From: an uncultured bacterium
GTDB lineage: Bacteria; Patescibacteriota; Minisyncoccia; SW-4-49-11
Length of the DNA: 64,000 bases
Direction: 5' to 3'
Assembly: GCA_937864235.1 (NCBI GenBank)
Contig: CALMJI010000006.1
Coordinates: 113-64,112 of the forward strand
Shown piece after piece: positions 61,885 through 64,000 of the stretch. The notes below the pieces were generated by a model that saw only the letters and a list, made by a program, of their open reading frames with translations, was not told where the DNA came from and did no database searches. A program made the position numbers and the translations under genes. Each line of letters opens with the position of its first letter. Position 1 is the stretch's first letter.

Positions 61885-62185
61885 TTCGCAGGGGCGGCGA
61901 CCTTTGTTCTAAAAATTCCCCTCGTTGAGGGCTTTAAGTCCCTCCCATACTTCAGTTTGGGAGGTGGTGGATTCCTGCTATGTTTATATAGCGGGAAGAC
62001 GGGGTGGAGGTGTTTTTGTCCTCCTTTGGAGGAGGTGGTCACTTTCGTATTTATACGGGAGTGACCGGAGGTGGATAATAAGCAGTTTATATTTCGCTTA
62101 AAAATTAAAACTCTATCCACCCTCCCCCTGCGGGTACTCCCTCCAAAGGGAGACAAATATAGGTGGTAAAAGCTCGCCCCCTATA
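61885..62185. repeat. Largest REP-like mosaic (nested hairpins)
   Basis: Contains most modules seen in the other clusters. Confidence 0.85.
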
Positions 62186-62220
62186 CCAATAAAAAAACGG
62201 GATAAACCCGTTTCTTTTAT

Positions 62221-62297
62221 TGGCGGGGACGGCCGGGCTCGAACCGGTGACCTTCTGCGTGACAGGCAGACGCTCTAACCAACTGAGCTACGCCCCC
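62221..62297 (-). tRNA. tRNA-Asp(GTC)
   Basis: Loop CTGTCAC, CCA. Confidence 0.96.
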
Positions 62298-62348
62298 ATA
62301 ATTGTTGTATTATACCAGTAATCTGATGCTTATGCAAGAGCAACACTC

Positions 62349-62423
62349 TGGGGTGGCCAACGGGAATTGAACCCGTAATGTCGGAACCACAACCCGAAGT
62401 TTTACCATTAAACTATGGCCACC
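62349..62423 (-). tRNA. tRNA-His(GTG)
   Basis: Loop TTGTGGT, G-1, CCA. Confidence 0.95.
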
Positions 62424-62526
62424 ACACAATGCTCCTCTTAGCTACTAAAGTTCAACAATCCATATTTTACCAAAAACCTCCCTAAATTGCAAATGGAGGG
62501 GTTATAAAAGAAGATGTCTCTCAAAA

Positions 62527-63870
62527 TTACCTCCCCACTCGACTATTCTCAATAATTGTCGCCACCACTTCAGCTTGGCTAGATGTAACTTGGAAAAGAT
62601 TCAAATCTGCTGGACTAATTGTCCTATATTTTTGGTCTAAAGTTTCTTTGATATAGTCAACCAGTGGTGCCCAAAATTTATCATCATATAAAATCAAAGG
62701 GGTGGGGTCGACTTTATGAGTTTGAACTAAAGTTAACACCTCGAATAATTGATGCAATGTCCCCATACCTCCTGGGCAGAATAAATATTGATTAGTAGGT
62801 CCGGTTAAAATAAATTGTCTGGTAAATGGGAATTTGAAATGAATAGAATCTGTTACATATTCATTCATAGTCTTACCTGCCTGATTGAGTAGGGTAGCAT
62901 AGGCTGGCTTTCCCGCCTCAGCAGAGGCTTTATTAGCGGCTTCCGCAATTCCAAAACCTCCTCCAGTTAATATACTAAAATCCTGTTTGATAGCCTCCTT
63001 AGCTATCTCATACACATCCTGATAATAATGGCTATCCCTAGAGACTTTATTACTCCCCAAAATTGTTACATTTTTGGGCAAAGACTGCAAAAAGTCCAAA
63101 CCTTCCACTAACTCAGCCATAATCCTAAATATTCTCCAGTTCACACTAGATATATTATTGGTGTTAGAAATATTATCTAAAAAGTTAGGATGGTCTTTAG
63201 TGTTTTTGATAATTTCATAAGCCTCCTCAGTGGTCTCTACTATATGTATCATTTCCAAATCCTCAGATTTAATAGCACCTAGAATTTGATGACAAGTATC
63301 TTGTAAAAAGTTGACTAGAGGTGTCCAGAATTCAACTCCAACCAAAATAACTGGGACTCTTTGGGTAAATCCTAAAGCTATTTCATTCAAAACTTGGAAT
63401 AATTCATCCAAAGTCCCATAACCTCCTGGGAAATATACAAAAGCCTGCGAAGGGGTAGTAAGCATCACTTTTCGAGTAAAAAAGTAGCTAAAATCTACTG
63501 AATCAGTGACGTAGGGGTTGATTTTTTGCTCCATTGGTAGCTCAATCCCTAACCCAATAGAATTCCCCTTAACTTGAAAGGCTCCTCTATTGGCTGCCTC
63601 CATAATCCCTGGACCGCCTCCTGTAATTACGGTAAAATTATTCAACCCTAGAATCTCTCCTAATTTCCTTGCTTTAATATAATATTCATCTCCTTCATGA
63701 GTCCGTGCTGAACCAAAAATTGTCACTTCATTTTTGTATTTTGACATCAGGTCATAACCTTCCACAAATTCTGCCATAACCTTGAATAATTTCCAAGAGT
63801 CGGTCTGAGCTAAGTTATATGGGGTTTTAGCTACATCTTGGATGGTTTTGAGTCTGTCATTGTATGGCAT
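62527..63870 (-). CDS. Tandem LOG-family (TIGR00730-like) protein, two domains
   Basis: TGGGPGIMEA/PGGYGTLDE then TGGGFGIAEA/PGGMGTLHQ. Confidence 0.9.
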   Translation of the reverse strand: MPYNDRLKTIQDVAKTPYNLAQTDSWKLFKVMAEFVEGYDLMSKYKNEVTIFGSARTHEGDEYYIKARKLGEILGLNNFTVITGGGPGIMEAANRGAFQVKGNSIGLGIELPMEQKINPYVTDSVDFSYFFTRKVMLTTPSQAFVYFPGGYGTLDELFQVLNEIALGFTQRVPVILVGVEFWTPLVNFLQDTCHQILGAIKSEDLEMIHIVETTEEAYEIIKNTKDHPNFLDNISNTNNISSVNWRIFRIMAELVEGLDFLQSLPKNVTILGSNKVSRDSHYYQDVYEIAKEAIKQDFSILTGGGFGIAEAANKASAEAGKPAYATLLNQAGKTMNEYVTDSIHFKFPFTRQFILTGPTNQYLFCPGGMGTLHQLFEVLTLVQTHKVDPTPLILYDDKFWAPLVDYIKETLDQKYRTISPADLNLFQVTSSQAEVVATIIENSRVGR

Positions 63871-64000
63871 AGTATTATTTTATTGATTTGGGCTTGTAGT
63901 ATCGAAAATTAAATGTATTTTTCTAGTTCGATCCTTTAACTGGTTACTTTTAATTAATATTTCGATTTCTGGTTTTCTAGTTGTTTACGGGGGTGTCTCC

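Noticed and set aside
61762-62156. ORFs 61762-62064 (+) and 61782-62156 (-)
   Set aside because: Lie over a terminator and the REP mosaic; no protein-like features
1-64000. Alternative genetic code 25, prophage, integrase, IS transposase, rRNA
   Set aside because: Core genes are full-length under code 11 and some ORFs end in TGA; no such genes were recognised in the window

Overview
AT-rich bacterial chromosome segment, genetic code 11 (TGA is stop). Gene content and style (few Shine-Dalgarno motifs, PEGA protein, short YebC, Arg-type EF-P loop, many orphan ORFs) suggest a CPR/Patescibacteria genome (inference). Housekeeping content: xseA (partial), efp, polA, yebC-ruvC, zwf, a split suf operon, rnhA, the infA-rpmJ-rpsMKD-rpoA-rplQ-rplM-rpsI cluster, pnp-rpsO, nrdR, dnaJ with CIRCE, mutL-mutS, yraN, yvcK, typA and 8 tRNAs. 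Most notable: (1) an operon with three ATP-grasp ligases, a 7TM protein, a fused retropepsin-like protease and a MATCAP/DUF1704-like peptidase split at an A9 tract, a candidate peptide-tag writer/eraser system; (2) an ORF-free ~330 nt four-hairpin element upstream of infA whose G-U pairs all favour the minus strand, a candidate new ncRNA; (3) two mini-cassettes with ~95% identical promoter and terminator but unrelated cargo, part of a wider set of self-contained orphan transcription units beside REP-like palindrome mosaics; (4) a type II R-M island flanked by ~70 bp direct repeats of the sufD 3' end and a promoter; (5) a DnaA-box cluster and three parS sites near 52-58 kb, a probable oriC not adjacent to dnaA; (6) four reversible-looking frameshifts confined to accessory genes. 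All family calls come from motif recognition by eye; no searches were run.
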